Below the pieces are notes generated by a model. It was not told the DNA's origin, searched no databases, and saw nothing but the letters and a program-made list of their open reading frames with translations. DNA of 64,000 bases, taken from NCBI RefSeq assembly GCF_009914755.1, contig NC_060929.1. One strand, given 5' to 3'. Position 1 is the stretch's first letter, and each line of letters starts with the position of its first letter. The DNA comes from the human T2T-CHM13v2.0 reference genome, Homo sapiens. This document shows, piece after piece, positions 42,560-59,599 of the stretch. The position numbers and the translations under genes are program-made.

Positions 42560-43289
42560 TTGCTTAAAAGAAGTGGAAAGTCAACAAACTCATTGAAATT
42601 GGTGGATGATAGAAAATGGGTACTCAGCAGCTTGAATTAAGAACCCAATCCAACACCTGCTCATGTCTATTGTCTTGAAACTCCAAAAAGCAAGGAAACA
42701 ACATAAAGCTGGCCTGGGGGCTACCAGTTTGCAATTCCTAGTCTATCAACAACTATTAATACATCAAAATATCCTGGTGATTGACTAGATTATTTTTATC
42801 ATTATATTTTAATAAAATGAGTAGCTAATGGGTTACCAATGAAGATTAAAAATATGATACAAAGATCCATGGACAAAAAATTGTTATATGACCTTAAGTG
42901 AATGATTAAAACCCTCTTTTTTCAGTTTTCAGCTCAATCACACAATAGTATTATGTTTATCGGGCTATATGGTATGGACATATATCATGTTTGGACAGCT
43001 CTTTAAATTGAGTACTTATTATTCTATCAGGAGATCAAAACTAGTAAATCATATTATCACTCTACTATTAAGATGATACAGAATACCTAGCTGTTTTTGA
43101 CCCTAGGGGTAGAGAAAAAAGTGATCAGCTAGCATTAACAGTTAACATGTTAGAGTTGTCATTCAGCACTGTCCTGGGCATTCCCACATGTTCACAGCAT
43201 TTGATAATGCCCTAGACATACTCCATGCTATCCGGCACATTTTCTTGAGAGACTATCAACAGAATATCCGGGCTTGTATGCATAAGATG

Positions 43290-43450
43290 TTTCTTTTTTA
43301 AATACACATCATAACTTTTTAAAAGATATAATTCATATGTTAGAAAATTCATTCTTTTAGCTTGTAAAATCTGGTCGTTTTTTGATACATTCAGAGTTGA
43401 GCAACCATAGCAACTGTCTAATTCCAGAAAATGTTCATCACCACAGACAG
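43290..43450 (-). mobile_element. Old L1M 3' end fragment
   Basis: agatataattcatatgttagaaaattcattcttttag...ctaattccagaaaatgttcatcacc. Confidence 0.6.
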
Positions 43451-44172
43451 ATGTCAATGATTAGGAAATTAACATGAATATTAGAGAAAAATTAATACTT
43501 AGAATCTAAATAAATTCAGTGACTAACTGAATGCAATAGGCAGAGGGATTTATGTTCTATACGAGGAAATGATTAAAAACCTCCCTGGTACCTAGGAAAT
43601 CTAGGGAATTATAGCTTCTTGATATTTAATATCATTTTCTGTATGTCTAATGGTTAGATCAACCAAGGAGCTTTTAAAATAACAGAAATCCCACTCATAT
43701 CCCTTTGGTTAAATGGAGAGAGGTTATGTTGACAACTCCCTCAGGCCCTGATTTGTTCTCTGTTGAACTCAAACTCTATCTACTAGATGCCAGCACACCT
43801 AGTTGAAAAGTCAAATTCCAGGTCAGAAATTCCATATCAATAGTGGCTTTTTAAAATTAATTGAGATTTTGTATTATATTATTGTGAGTATATATCTAAT
43901 GTTTCACTGGGAATAATTCAGGTATTAAAAATATCCTTCAAGCCTTTCTCAAATCCACAAATTAATGTATAGAGATGCTTTTTACTTATAACTCACTTGG
44001 GAAAAGTGTTTATTAAAGCCTGACAAGTCATCAGTAATCTCTGTTCCTCAATTATGGGTAGGTGATGACCTTAATTGAAGGAAATAAATGAGTTGTTTTG
44101 CAAACAAACCTCTGTTAAGTCCAGGAGTAAATGAAATGAGAATCCCTGGGAGTGGGCAAAGCCTTTTGGGCC

Positions 44173-46203
44173 ATAGCCAAATCATGACTGAACTCTCATT
44201 CAGAATTGCTACAAAGAGAATAAAATACCTAGGAAAACAACTTACAAGGGATGTGAAAGACCTCTTCAAGGAGAACTATAAACCACTGCTCAAGGAAATA
44301 TGAGAGGATACAAACAAATGGAAAAACATTCCATGCTCATGGATAGGAAGAATCAATATTGTAAAAATGGCCATACTCCCCAAAGTAATTTATAGATTCA
44401 ATGCTATTTGCATCAAGCTACAATTGACTTTCTTCAAAGAATTTGAAAAAAAAATTCTTTAAATTTCATATGGAATCAAAAAAGGGCCCATATATCCAAT
44501 ACAATCCTAACCAAAAAAAAACAAACAAACAAACAAACAAACAAACAAAGCTGGAGGCATCATGCTACCCGACTTCAAACTATACTAAAAGGCTACAGTA
44601 ACCAAAACAGCGTGGTACCCATACCAAAACAGAAATACAGACCAATGGAACAGAACAGAGACCTAAGAAATAAACACAACATATCTACCACCATCTGATC
44701 TTCAACAAACCTGACAAAAACAAGGAATGGGGAAAGGATTCCCTGTTTAACAAATGGTGCTGAGAAAACTGGCTAGCCATATGCAGAAAACTGAAACTGT
44801 ACCCCTTTCCTTACACTTTATACAAAAATTAACTCAAGATGGATTAAAGACTTTAACGTAAAATCCAAAACTATGAAAACCCTAGAAGAAAATCTAGGCA
44901 AGAGCATTCAGGACACAGGCATGGTCAAAGACTTCATGACTGAAACACCAAAAGCAAATGCAACAAAAGCCAAAATTGACAAATGGAATCTAATTAAACT
45001 GAAGAGCTTCTGCACGGCAAAAGAAACTATCATCAGAGTGAACAGGCAACCTACAGAACGAGAGAAAATTTTTGCAATCTACCCATCTAACAAAGGAAAT
45101 ATCCAGAATCTACAGAATCTACAAGGAACTTAAATTTACAAGAAAAAAACAACTCCATCAAAAAGTAGGTGAAGGGTATGAACAGACATTTCTCAAAAGA
45201 CGACATTTATGCAGCTAACAAACATGAAAAAAAACTGTGGAGAAATAGGAACACTTTTACACCGTTGATGGGAGTGTAAATTAGTTCAACCATTGTGGAC
45301 GACAGTGTGGTGATTCCTCAAGGATCTAGAGCCAGAAATATCATTTGACTCAGCGATCCCATTACTGGGTATACACTCAAAGGATTATAAGTCATTCTAC
45401 TATAAAGAGACATGCATACATATGTTTACTGCAGCACTTTTTTTTTTTTTTTTTTGAGATGGAGTCTTGCTCTGTTACCCAGGCCGGGGTACAATGGTGT
45501 GATCTCAGCTCACCACAACCTCCACCTCCCAGGTTCAAGCGATTCTCCTACCTCAGCTTCCTGACTAGCACCTGCCACCACGCCAAGCTAATTTTTGTAT
45601 TTTTAGTACAGAAAGTGTTTCGTTGTGTTGGCCAGGCTGGTCTCGAACTCCTGACCTCAAGTGATTCACCTGCCTCTGCCTCACAAAGTGCTGGGATTAC
45701 AGGCATGAGCCACTGTGCCCAGCCTATTGCAGCACTATTTACAATAGCAAAGACTTGGAACCAACCCAAATGCCCATCACTGACAGACAGGGTAAAGAAA
45801 ATGTGGCACATATATGCCATGGAATACTATGCAACCATAAAAAAGAATGAGTTCCATGTCCTTTGCAGGGACATGGATGAAGCTGGAAACCATCATTCTC
45901 AGCAAACACAGGAACAGAAAACCAAACACCACATATGCCCACTTATAAATGGGAGTTGAACAATGAGAGCACATTGACCCAGGGAGGGAAATATCACACA
46001 CTGGGGCCTGTAAGGGGTTGGTGGGGGAAGGGGAAGGAGAGCATTAGGACAAATACCTAATGCATGTGGGGCTTAAAATCTAGATGACGGGTTGATAGGT
46101 GCAGCAAACCACCAAGGCACATGTATACCTATCTAACAAACCTGCACATTCTGCACATGTATCCCAGAACTTAAAGTAAAATAAAAATAAATTTTTAAAA
46201 AAG
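44173..46203 (+). mobile_element. 5'-truncated L1PA with internal deletion
   Basis: ORF2 3' half (ORF 44873..45133 [22 protein letters not shown]) and L1PA 3' UTR ending cacatgtatcccagaacttaaagtaaaa; deletion near 45235. Confidence 0.95.
45438..45724 (-). mobile_element. Alu (AluS-type) inside L1PA
   Basis: Antisense Alu; TSD tactgcagcact / tattgcagcact. Confidence 0.95.
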
Positions 46204-46559
46204 AAATTCTCATGAGAAGCTAAGGGTTGCCCTCTTTGAACCTAGAGGACCTAGAGGACTCTTCCATATTCTTCTTCCTCATCCTGAAAAATTAAACTGC
46301 AAATGTTTGTTTTCAGAGTGCATATGCTGTAATATTCCCTCTCGTTCCTTAGTCACATTGCTCCCTCTCCCTAAAGTTCACCTGTTCTTCACCACTGTGA
46401 TATTGCCAAAGTATGACTTTTTTATCTAGCAATACCCAATCCGTTCTTCCATTTGTGCAGGACACAGACCCATTCACACTCCAAACCCAATCTGTGGAAA
46501 GCTTGCTGGCTCACCTTCAGACAGCAATGTGACCACCTCTCACCCCCTCTCACCCTGCT

Positions 46560-47730
46560 GCATCCCAGGTCTGAACTTTTAATCATTTCTTGCCATCCGA
46601 GTGCAAGTATGTTTCATACTCACATGTAACCGCAAGCTTTAGCAGTTCTGAAACCAGTAACAAAGTTCTACGTTCAAAGTTAGATTACTCTTATTCTAAG
46701 CAATTTTATGTTGCTCCAGATTTCTCTAAGATCTTTTCATCTCACTCAAAGAAAAAGCCAAAAACTCCTCCTAACAATGGCCCATGAGATCTCTGATTTC
46801 TTCCTCTTACCATTACTTCTCTGGTCACATCCATCCCTACCCTCCCCCCCTTTGGTTTTTCCATTCCAGCCTCCTTGGCTCTCTTGCTATTTCTTAAATT
46901 CACACAGCATACCCTTGCATCCAGGTATTTGCATAATCAATTTCTCTTCCCTTAGTATCCTCCCCCAAGATAATCACATGACACACTCCACTTCCTTCAG
47001 ATTTTCACTAAAATGTTTTCTCTTCAATGAGACCTCCCATAGCCCTTTTCCCCCAAACAAAACTTCCTATCCCCACATTGCAGTCATACTCCATAAAGTC
47101 AGGATTTTCCCTCATTCAAAATTTGGTTCCTGTGTTGAGACCAATGATGCCAAACACATGTGAAAAAGGCATGAGAAGGGTTATTACTCACATAATGAGG
47201 CTTTTCAGAAAGAGCAATGCTGGTTTGCTGAGCAGGTCAAAAAATAGCTTGTGATAGCAGAGAAAGGAGACCAGCCTGGAGTTTTATTACGGTGGTTAGG
47301 GAGTAGGGCTCAATTGAGCATTCATGCATGCAGGCATGGACAAAGGCTTGCAAGGTTTAACTTTCTGCCAGTGTCAAAAAAGGGCATGCCTGGCTTTTCT
47401 TATCAGCTTTCTCAGATGTAGGCCAGGGATGGAGAGGGGTGAGGAGGGGCTCAAAGCGGTCAGCAATCAAACCTCAAAAATGAAGTCAGGAGCTTTATTA
47501 TACACTTTTCCATACTTTGCTTTTTCTTTTATCCTCAGCCACCACACTATTTACACATCTCTCTTATTTTATTGTCCATCTCTTCATTCTAGATAAAATA
47601 TAAGTTCGGTTCACATAGGCAACGATATTTTTCTTTTTGGTCCACACTATGTTAAACCTAGTTCCTAGAAGAGTGTTTGGCACAGAGCAATAAATCAATC
47701 AATATTTGTTATATGAATCAATTAATGTTT
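46560..47730 (+). mobile_element. L2 fragment split by an LTR
   Basis: aagccaaaaactcctcctaacaatggcccatgag...cctagttcctagaagagtgtttggcacagag...caatatttgttatatgaat. Confidence 0.7.
47085..47503 (-). mobile_element. ERVL-type LTR (family uncertain)
   Basis: Reverse complement begins tgtataataaagctcctgacttcatttttgaggtttgattgctgacc, LTR-like; interrupts L2. Confidence 0.55.
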
Positions 47731-49759
47731 GTTCCTTCTGCATAAGTATTCTGCACTTGACAATTAGATATTTGTTAAAAGAATGAATAAAATGCAATCA
47801 TTTTTGACACAGTATGTCAGAATGTATCATCTAAACTTATAAAAATTATATTTATGCTAACCACTTTGATGTCAGTTGACATATAATAAAATCCTTAGAA
47901 AAAAGTACATCAAAATATATTATTATTAAAGATAAATTTGCCTGTGAGCTATTTTTTAAAACTCCATAAACCCTATTATTTATACATTTTAATTCAAGTT
48001 AATATTATGTCTTATCTCCAAATAAATGGGGCAGTCAATTTGAAATTTTCTATTGTATCTTGGATACTCCCAACCCAGGAACCTTAAGCAAAGTAGAAAT
48101 TATTTGGCCAGTAGTAATGAGCTCACACTCTTGCCCTAATATATTCTAGGCCAGTAATTATTCCAGAACAGTAATGTGCACAGTAGCATCTTGGTTAATT
48201 ATTTTATTTTCATCAAACATGTTTTTAAAAAAAAAAATCCACAATAAATAAGACAAAAGAAACGTAGCAATTATATATTTAAAGATTCACCTAGGGATAA
48301 TTTAAATTCCATGGGAATGTTATTTTGATATTCAATCTACTATTGATTAAAATCCTAGATGTATGCAATTAGCCATTAAATTGTAGATTTTTGTCAGTAG
48401 AGGCAAATGTCTTTGGCAGAAGAGAAAACGTGCAAGGTTCTGGTTTTGTTGTCCTATAGGATATTAACCTATAAAGGAAAGGAACATAAAATGGCCTATA
48501 GAATAATAATGTTATTCTAACACTCTTTTTCTGTTTTAAATGCCCGTACATATCCAGTTCCTCAAATACTTTTTGAATCGGATTTACAGTCCTGCTGTTT
48601 CCCTCATTTACAGATAAAATAGTTTTTGACATATACACATTCTCTATTTCAATGGCAGTTGTTTATATTTTTAACTTTTGAAAAGTATATCCTGACTCAT
48701 CATTTGAATGCCTAAACAACATAAAAAAAATTTTAGAAGAAAAAAAAACTAACACTGTAGCCACAATTCGAAGAGGTAATTTGAAACAAGCTTTTTCAAA
48801 GAGAGAGTATTTAAGATTCCAAGGCAGTCATAAAATCTCAGAATGCCATCCCTAAGTTCCAAAATTTAAATGCAACAGTCCGAGGCTGGCTAGTATCTAA
48901 TGTAAGGGGCTGAGCACCTCAGTCATTTCTACAACCATAAAAATGTATTTTTTCAGTGAATTATCAGTATTTGACAAATATCATTTAGCTGCCTATGCTA
49001 GAGAGGTTTGACTTTCAAATCATAATGCCAGTATATTATAACAATAGACAGTTATAATACTTCCTTTCCTTTAGCAAGTTTTCTGAAAGAATTTTAACCT
49101 CACAAATACATCTCATATTTCAGTCCTGGCATAGTCATGCCAGACAGGTAATAGAGATAGGTAATAAACCAAAGAAAGTAATCATCTGAGGTAGGTAATA
49201 CGGTGCAGCTGGAGCCCATCATCTCACCTATAAGTCACCTCCGCTATGTATATTATTAGATCTTCCCTTCACAGGACCAGCCCCATACTTACTCAGGATC
49301 AATCTCCAACAAAACCAACTTTTTTAAAAAAACAATCAGGACCTCATCTCAATTCCATACTGATTTAAATCAGCATGTTGTCAGGGCTCCTGAGCATTTC
49401 TAAGCCTTGTCTAACATGTTGAAAGTTTTTCTTATTGAATGTAGTGGGACTTTCCAAGTCACCCTGGGAAGGTGATTTGGAAGCAATTATGAAGCAGGCA
49501 TTCATAACCTGCTCCATGTCCTCAGACATTCAGCTCTTTACCCTGATATCTCCTCATCCCAGCCTACTTTTACCTCCAAAGTGACTTTAAGCATTTAAGG
49601 CATGGTCTATGCTTAATTACATATTCATAAAAATTTAGTTATTTCTCATACTTGATTGCTAAACAACCCTTATATATTCCCTTCCCTGAGGCCTCCTATA
49701 CTCATTCCCTTATCTCTTTTGCTATGAAATAAATCCTATGTATCATTATTGTCAGGATA

Positions 49760-51645
<1,886 letters not shown>

Positions 51646-53699
51646 GTTGGGATATCTTAAGTCCATATGAGATGGGGTGAATATTGGAATTGGGGCTTTC
51701 CATGACATTCTGCTTCCCACCTCTTTGTAACACTGTTTAAACTAATCCATGTGGCTCTATGTATGGTATTGATAGTCTATATATGTTATTCAATAGTCAC
51801 CATTTCATTTTATCATTCATTGGATAGGAGAGGATAGACATGAAACAGATATTTTGTTCATTTTCTATTGTTCATGTATTCTTTTTATAAGTTCTTCCAA
51901 CCGAAAAATAGGAAGGATAAAATGTCCTGGGATGTAAAATTAAAAAGAACCAAATGATTTGTAAGGGAACAAAGCAATAATCAGTGGCTCTAAGATTCTT
52001 AAACATTAGATTGATAATTGCAGAACATTATCATCTGCCTCATGATGCATTTTTTGCTTTATTCAACTTGATACAAGTTCCTTCTTTTCCATTTTAGGAA
52101 TCAATAATCCAGAGGTAGGAGTACATAAACTTCAGTTAATTTAGAGTTCTCAAGTTGACTCTTTCTGTTAATTATTATCAATAAAAGACAGTATGGTCAT
52201 AGTAGCATGGGTTAAGGTGTTACAACTTCTTTAGATAATACAGTAAAATGAAAAGTACACAAAATAATGGTATCTTTGTTTAATAATTGTAAAAACTCAA
52301 AACTAGCAGTAAATGCATGATTTGTTCATTTAAAAATTCAATGTATAATAATCTGAATTAACAGAGAAATGATAGCATTATGGCTGATTTTTAAATTAAT
52401 AAAAATAATTTACTCTAAGTATTATTTAAATAGTCATCTTTGTGTCTGGAAATATTCTCATCTTTGCAGTGAGCTAGCAGAAGAAAAGTGAGACTTATAT
52501 GTGTTCTTAGCATCATTTTTGGGTTATCCTTGACATGGGTTTCTTTGGCAACATCTTTCTACAAAAGACTGCCTTTGTAGTCAATTTACTTACAAAAATA
52601 CTGTGTAATGCTGTACTACTGGTTTTATGTCTTTAGCAAGGAACAAATTCCTCCATCTACCCAATTAAAAATCATCTTTCTTTTTTGCTGAAAATCCTGA
52701 AAAAATAAAATGGCTTTTTCATTGGCTCTTTTCAAAGTAATGCATCCCAAATGTCCCAGGAAGAAATGCCAGCTATTTAAGGAATTCTGTCATATTTGAA
52801 AAATGAGCCTTTGCCTTAGAACCTCAAAGAAAGGGAAGGACTTGTCACCTACCATTGCCCTTTTGTCATGGTGCTTTTGTATTGTTCATCTTGTTTCTTG
52901 TCAACTGCTTTTTAAAATAGTTATTGTAATTACCAAATGACAGTTATAGTTTTAAATAAGGGTGTGGAGCATTGAAAGTCTGTTGCTATACATGAATTGA
53001 ACTTTTTCTGAAAAATGTATAGTGGTTGTGTTTCATACAAGCAAAAGTATGCATGTGAATTTTGCACATTAAATTTGGTTGAAGCATGTTACCAAAAGTC
53101 CTTTTTCTATTTACCTATTTCAAATCATGTATGTATTGAGAACTATGTTAATGAATAATGATTAACAAGCTAAAGTATTAAATTGACTTTGTGCTAATGA
53201 AAAATGTCTATCAATGATGACTTTTCTAAACCCGTGGAAGAACAGAAGCCTTGGAAGCATGAAGACTGATGTCCAAAGTCTTGCTCTATCGCTTGTTGAC
53301 TGTATGATTTTCGGCATGTTACACACGAAGCAATAATTTTCTGCCCCTTGTACCAAACTCCAGGAGGGATTCTTTGACTAGCTGTCACCACATAATTATG
53401 CAAATACTGATAACTGTAGTCTCCAAAAATTGGCTCATAATGTTGTAGCCTGGTAAAATGCAGAAATTGATAGTCCGAAGTTCTTTCAAATGAAGTGAAG
53501 GCCCCAATGACCTATTCTTCTCTCTTAAAAATCATTATTTTAAAACTTCAAAAATTTGTGATAATATCTAAAGTTATTATCCTATTTTTTCCTTCCAGAC
53601 TATTCACCCTTGAGCTCCCAGTTAAAAGGTCAAAATTCTAAAAAAATCTTTCCTTTATCTCCACCATCCACCAGCCCCCTTCACCTAGGTCCTCCTCCC

Positions 53700-53945
53700 C
53701 AATAGCACCCTTTGTCATTTATTCACAGTACTTATTATAGTTTTAAAATATGTATGTGTATGAGTATTTGACAAATATCTGTACCCTCCTCTACAAGATT
53801 ATAAGCTACTTAAGGACAAGGATTACATTCTTTTCCTTGGCTTCTTATCACATCTTAAATGCCTTCCAGAGGGCTGGGTGCATTATCAAAATTCAATAAA
53901 TTTTTCTTGAGTGAGAAAGCAACTGAATGAATTAATGAATAAAAG
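53700..53945 (+). mobile_element. L2 3' end
   Basis: agattataagctacttaaggacaagg...tcaataaatttttcttgagtgag...tgaatgaattaatgaat. Confidence 0.7.
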
Positions 53946-53984
53946 TCAATAGCCTTTAGTCAAACTTTGAGATATGAAAGTTTG

Positions 53985-54185
53985 AGTAAATCCTCAATAT
54001 GCCATCCCAAAGTATGCCACATTGGCATAAAGATTATTTTAAGCTGAAAGCAATTGAGAAGCAGCATATACAAGAAAAACTCTTTCCCCTCTCCATATTT
54101 GCCTAAAAGACATAGATTTATAAAGTGCTTCTCCTCTTTATTTACCAAGAAGGGCAAAGGTTGATCACTGAAGATGACTTTAAAC
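53985..54185 (+). mobile_element. ERV1 LTR fragment (MER34/MER39-like)
   Basis: cccaaagtatgccacattggcataaagattattttaagctgaaagcaattgagaa. Confidence 0.55.
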
Positions 54186-57100
54186 TACAACCATAGTAAC
54201 CTTATTGTGAAATTAACTATCAAAATATTACATGTCATTATAATATATGCACATATTAATAAAATCCTAAAATTTCCTGAATACTAATGCATGCCTATGA
54301 AATCACCCAGATTTTAACACCTTACAAGTTACAAGTTAAAGAGATAGCTAAAACACAGATACCTATTGTGGAAGAATAACACTACTTTTCATTATCTATA
54401 ATTGTTTCAACCTAAGGAATCTATCTTTCTGGTGCAACTTCCAAAATTTGATCCATTCTCAGGTTAAAAAAATTTCTTTCAACTTTATACCATCTCATTG
54501 TAATTTAGGCCCCATCAAAATGCCATACCTACTCCAGAATCTGAAAACTGCACAAATTGTAAAGTATGAAATTAAATTTTAAGCAATTGTCTATAACTTC
54601 ACCTGTTGCTAATGTAAAATAAGTAAGTCCAAAGTTGAAAAATATGCAAATCTTTTTAAAGGTTATTTCAAAGATCCTATTTACATTTGTAAATATCAAA
54701 CCATGACTATACTACAGAAACTTCAAGGTTCAAAGAGAATGTGTTTCTGCTTCTAGAACATTTTTAAAGGACCAAAAAGAGGTTTACAGCTTATCCAGAA
54801 ATCATAATTATTAATAAAATGTTATCAAAAACATGAAAACAAAACAAAAATGAATTTGTTTGTAATATTATACTGCTACATGAAAGAGACCCAACCAAAT
54901 ATTATCTAATTCTTTGGGGAATTTTACCAATTTTTGACTATTTACTATAGCCCAGACTATATAAAGTTAGACTTCTCAAATAATCAGTTGTAAATGAGTT
55001 TGGCTGATAAAGATGCAATAATTATTTACTGATAGAAAAGGTAACAATAAAGGGTATAATTTTATTGTTCTGCAGGACATTACTATTCATAAGTTCGTGT
55101 CTTCCTAGCAACCTTATTCCACCATTATTTATTCTGGTAACCATACATAATCTACCAATTTTCTTCTGAATCAGCTTTCCCATACTGTGGGTTTCTTCAT
55201 TAATAAATTAAATAACAATTTGACACATGCTTTTGATATGCTTGAATGCAAATCAAAATCATGTGACAAATTGTAATTTGAATGCTTGAATGTAAATTAT
55301 AGCTTTTGAAACGTATGCCTTAACACAATTACTACAAAATTTATTTACAATTTAGGCAACTCCAGTGAGTCAAACAAATCACATTAGATCTCTGAATCTA
55401 GCTGATCACCTTCTCCCTGCACACACTCCTACCCATTACCCTACTATGGAAGAAATATCATAAGAACGCTAAAAATATTCCTCTCAGCTATGCATACTTT
55501 TCTGGAAACGATTGTAGCTAAATTGTTTCTTTCTCCTAAATTAAAGCTGTTAATAGAGCAATCAGTGAGTTCTATATGAAATGAGTAACTAGAAGCATGA
55601 ATATTCTATCCAACAGACAAATTATTATCAGGAGTACAGAATAAGGACCATGACTGCAATGTCAGAAAATGTGTGAGCCAAACAGTACTTGGAATCCTCT
55701 AAGTATTTAAGCTCTGGGGAAACAAATTTGAGATTCTGCACTGTTTTTAAAGTTATTCTGTTGTAGTGACATTTTAATGTTATGATATGCATTGGCATTG
55801 TAAACTAGTTGAGATAATTAAAACTATATTAATGATGCCATTAATGAGTAATTATAACCTACACTTAGTGAATAAGAGATAATTGATTGGAAGAGTTTAC
55901 AAATTTGCATGAACGTAGTTTGTTACAAAAATGGAGTTTTGTATAACAAATTTATTTTAGTCTCAAGTTTACAAATCAACAGTCTTTTATCTGCTAAAAA
56001 AGATATTTTGTTATTATAAAGAAACCTCACTGTCTTGATTGGTAAACAGTCTGAGAAAGAAATTCAACTCTGTGACGACAAGATATGCAACAAGTACATA
56101 TAAACATTTCATTTCAATCATATGACCGGTATAAAATATAAGTAACTATTGTAGCTATCTAACAAAATAAAATGACTAACTGAAGGCTTGACTTCAGAAA
56201 GCTCCTATGTCAGCAATCCCCCATTTCTTCAATATTATGCATTAATAACCATTAGTCTAGCTGGAAATGATAGACTCTGCTTCCAGTAATTTTCTACCCA
56301 AATCAAATTTAAGAATATAGGCATATAATTTTCCAATTCTATAGCTCACTGTTAAAAAATCTGTTTCACATAAAATAACAGACACAGGCACATGTGTGTG
56401 TAGGTGTCAAAATGTTACTATCAGGAATGCAACAAAAGAGATACAATCATGGAAAACCACATTGATTTATGAGATAAAACATTTTACAAAATTTAGCACT
56501 TCACAAAGCTACTAAGCTTCCAAAAGGAAAAGTCTTATTCTGTTTTTCTACAAATGGGTATTTAGCCAACAGAGCAGGAAATCATATATTTTCTATAATT
56601 TCATAAACATTTTATTTCTATATTATCCATATATCAAATATAAATATTATATTACCACACGTACATGTAAGTGTATTCTTTTTACTTGTCTGGATAGAAT
56701 ATCATTTGAAGATAACTCTTGTGAAGACGTTCACCTCCCCTCCTTTTCTGCACCAGAAGCTCCTAGCCTAAAATTCTTGCTCTGATTTTTTTTGTCCCTT
56801 TCCTAACCCTGCCTATTTCTTTCATGTATCAGTCCTCTACCAATTTCAAAGGAATGTAGATGAATCACTCAGGGAGACAGAGAAGAATGAGAATCAAGTC
56901 CAAGGGCACTGAAGAATTTACTGGAATAACAAGTCAAACATGGAAAGAAGAATTAAAACTTTTCTTTTCTTAGCAAGTGTATGGAAGAGACTAAACATGT
57001 GCCAGTAGGTACTGTCAAATCTTATTAAAGCAGTCTTAATTAATTTGCTATTTATAGGCAAATAAAGACTAAAAGAAAGTTTACCTTTGCATGACGCCTA

Positions 57101-57340
57101 AGAAAATGGATTCAACTAGCAAATGAGTAGAATGAACAAGATTAGAAGACATTCAAAAGGCAAACTTCTTTCAAGCACATCAATAACATCTACCTTTTCC
57201 TATAATGTTCTTTACCAGTAAGTGCAGCATGCCAATGACCAACCTTGCTAACCTGCTGCTTTGAAGTGTAAATCATAAATCAATCACCATTATTCACTCA
57301 TTAAAGCAGGACCTTAACAAGGCAATCATCTGTTTCCATG

Positions 57341-57722
57341 TGCTATGGTTTGAATGTGCCCCCTACAGTTTATGTGTTGGAAATTTCACCTTTAACGCAA
57401 CATGGTTGGGAAGTGGGGCCTAATAAGAGGTGATTAGCTCATGAGGGCCCTGTCCACATGAAATGATTAATGACCTTATCACGGGAGTGGGCTCATTTTC
57501 TTGAATGGACTTGTTATGAACATGAAGGCAGCCCCTTCTTGCTTTCTCTCCTTCCCTTGCCCTTTCCACCATGGGATGATGCAGCAAGAAGGCCCTTGCC
57601 AGATGTGGGCCCCCTGACCTTGACCTTCCCAGCCTCCAGAACTTTAAGATATAAATTTATTTTATTTAAAAATTACCCAATCTGTGGTATTCTGTTATAG
57701 CAAAACAAAACAGATTAAGATA
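57341..57722 (+). mobile_element. MST-family solo LTR
   Basis: tgctatggtttgaatgtgcccc...aattacccaatctgtggtattctgttatagc; TSD ccatg / ctatg. Confidence 0.9.
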
Positions 57723-59599
57723 CTATGTGATTGTGAGCCCTCATCTAAGTAGTATGCAGTTTAAACTTTTTAAATGATGAGGTCTAAATGCAAAATGCTT
57801 TTAATAGAAGTCCTAAGACAATATATTAAACGTTTTGTAAGAGATTTTACAAATACATTTTTCACAGTCTACTATTATAAAAACACTCAAAAATAATTAA
57901 AAATATAATAAGAAAGATAAAATCTCGATGAAACTACCTAACCCTGTGGTTTTGGTGATTATCATATTATGTCTTTTCATATACAGGCAAATAATCTGCA
58001 ATTCTAAAATAAAAAAAATCAAAAACAAAATTTTAATGTAACCCGTTTGTGATAAATCCTGAAAAGTCCTGACATGAACTTATATATAGTCATCATTTTT
58101 TGTTAATGCAAATTAACATTTAATATTTAACAACAGAAATATTAATGTTTTATTATGGTGTGCTGCCCTAAGCACTTCTTGACATGCTAAATTACAAGAT
58201 TACCTTTCTAAAGTAAAAAATGTACAGAATTTTGAAAAATATTTGGTCCCAGTGATTTCAGATAAGGGATCATGAGATGATATATGATGATCTGATATAT
58301 AATTTTACATAATTTAAACTTTTTTTATTTTCCTGGGTTATTTATACTTGTCTTAGCTAACTTTTGGAAAGTCTTTATCTAACACAAGAAAATTAAAATT
58401 TTAACCCTATGAAAATATATCACTTCAGAATATATTTAAATTTAGTCATTAAAAGTATTTATGTCATTATTATACAATGAAAAAAACATGAGAAGTTTTC
58501 AGTGTTAGAAAAATATTTTAACCATAGATCTACAAATATGAACCCTGAATAAACTGGAAATCTAGTAGCAACCCAGTCATTCTTCAGATTAAAATCTAAG
58601 ACTCCATAAAACACTTGATTATTGCTTTATTTAAAAAACATGGATCAGGATAAAAAAATACAGCAGTTTTTGCAATAATGGTGGCATAAAAAGTTCTGGC
58701 AATTTATCCATCAGATGATAATTTTAAAACTTGAGCAGTCACATTAAAAATAGAATTTGAAGGCAATAGAAAATGACCAAAATAGGAAGAAACAAAAGAC
58801 ATTTTATTTTGTTAAGTAAGAATTGTGGGTTTATATCTTTTTAGCCTAAGAGCACTCTACAATTCACTCAGCTGTGACACTGGAAAACTACAGCCTTATC
58901 ACTTCAATTGAATATTGAATATGATAAAGTTTGTGGCATCAAAGCAGATGAATAAAATGTTTAAGGAATATATTCTAGAAGCAAGAAAATCTCAGAAGAG
59001 CTGAGGTAAAAAATCTGGGTACAACCCCACCCACTCTTCCATTTTCACCTCAACCTTCTACCCCTCATCATGATCTTCCTGGCTGTATGTTAAAATATAT
59101 ATTTGCACAGGAAACCCAGAGAGCTTAGCAATAAGGAAGGCAAAAAGACAGGATGGTCAACCCCTTGAAGAGACAGACGTGTTTCTGGTTAGATATGCAA
59201 GTTTTTGTGTTTTGGACCCACTGAGATCTCCAATCAGCACACAGCTCAGGCAACAAAGATATGAAGAGGTTCTAGCTTAAGATAAAAAGGACTGAGTGGT
59301 AAAGCAATGGGGCCTCTGGGGAGGTCATCCAGAAGCAAGGAAATCACACAAGGAGGTAAGCTTCAATATGTTAAATATGAACTCTGACCAATTTATGGCT
59401 CACCCCTGAAGCATCCAGACACAGAAGAGATCCCCCAGGGAGCAGGCTAGCAGAGCAGGACAAGGAAACTAAGAACACTGAGCAGAGACCAACCCTTCTA
59501 CAGATAGGGGAAGGGGGTGAAGAGGAAGAGCTTTTACAACGTGCATCAAAATAAGATGGCTTTCTTCTAGAAAATCAAAAACTCCTCCAAAGAGCACCA

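Noticed and set aside
45345-45959. Longest ORF (204 aa)
   Set aside because: Chimeric reading through L1 and an antisense Alu; typical Alu-derived peptide
53214-53269. ATGATGA...CTGA resembling C/D-box snoRNA
   Set aside because: Short (~56 nt), no convincing terminal stem or recognisable guide; expected by chance
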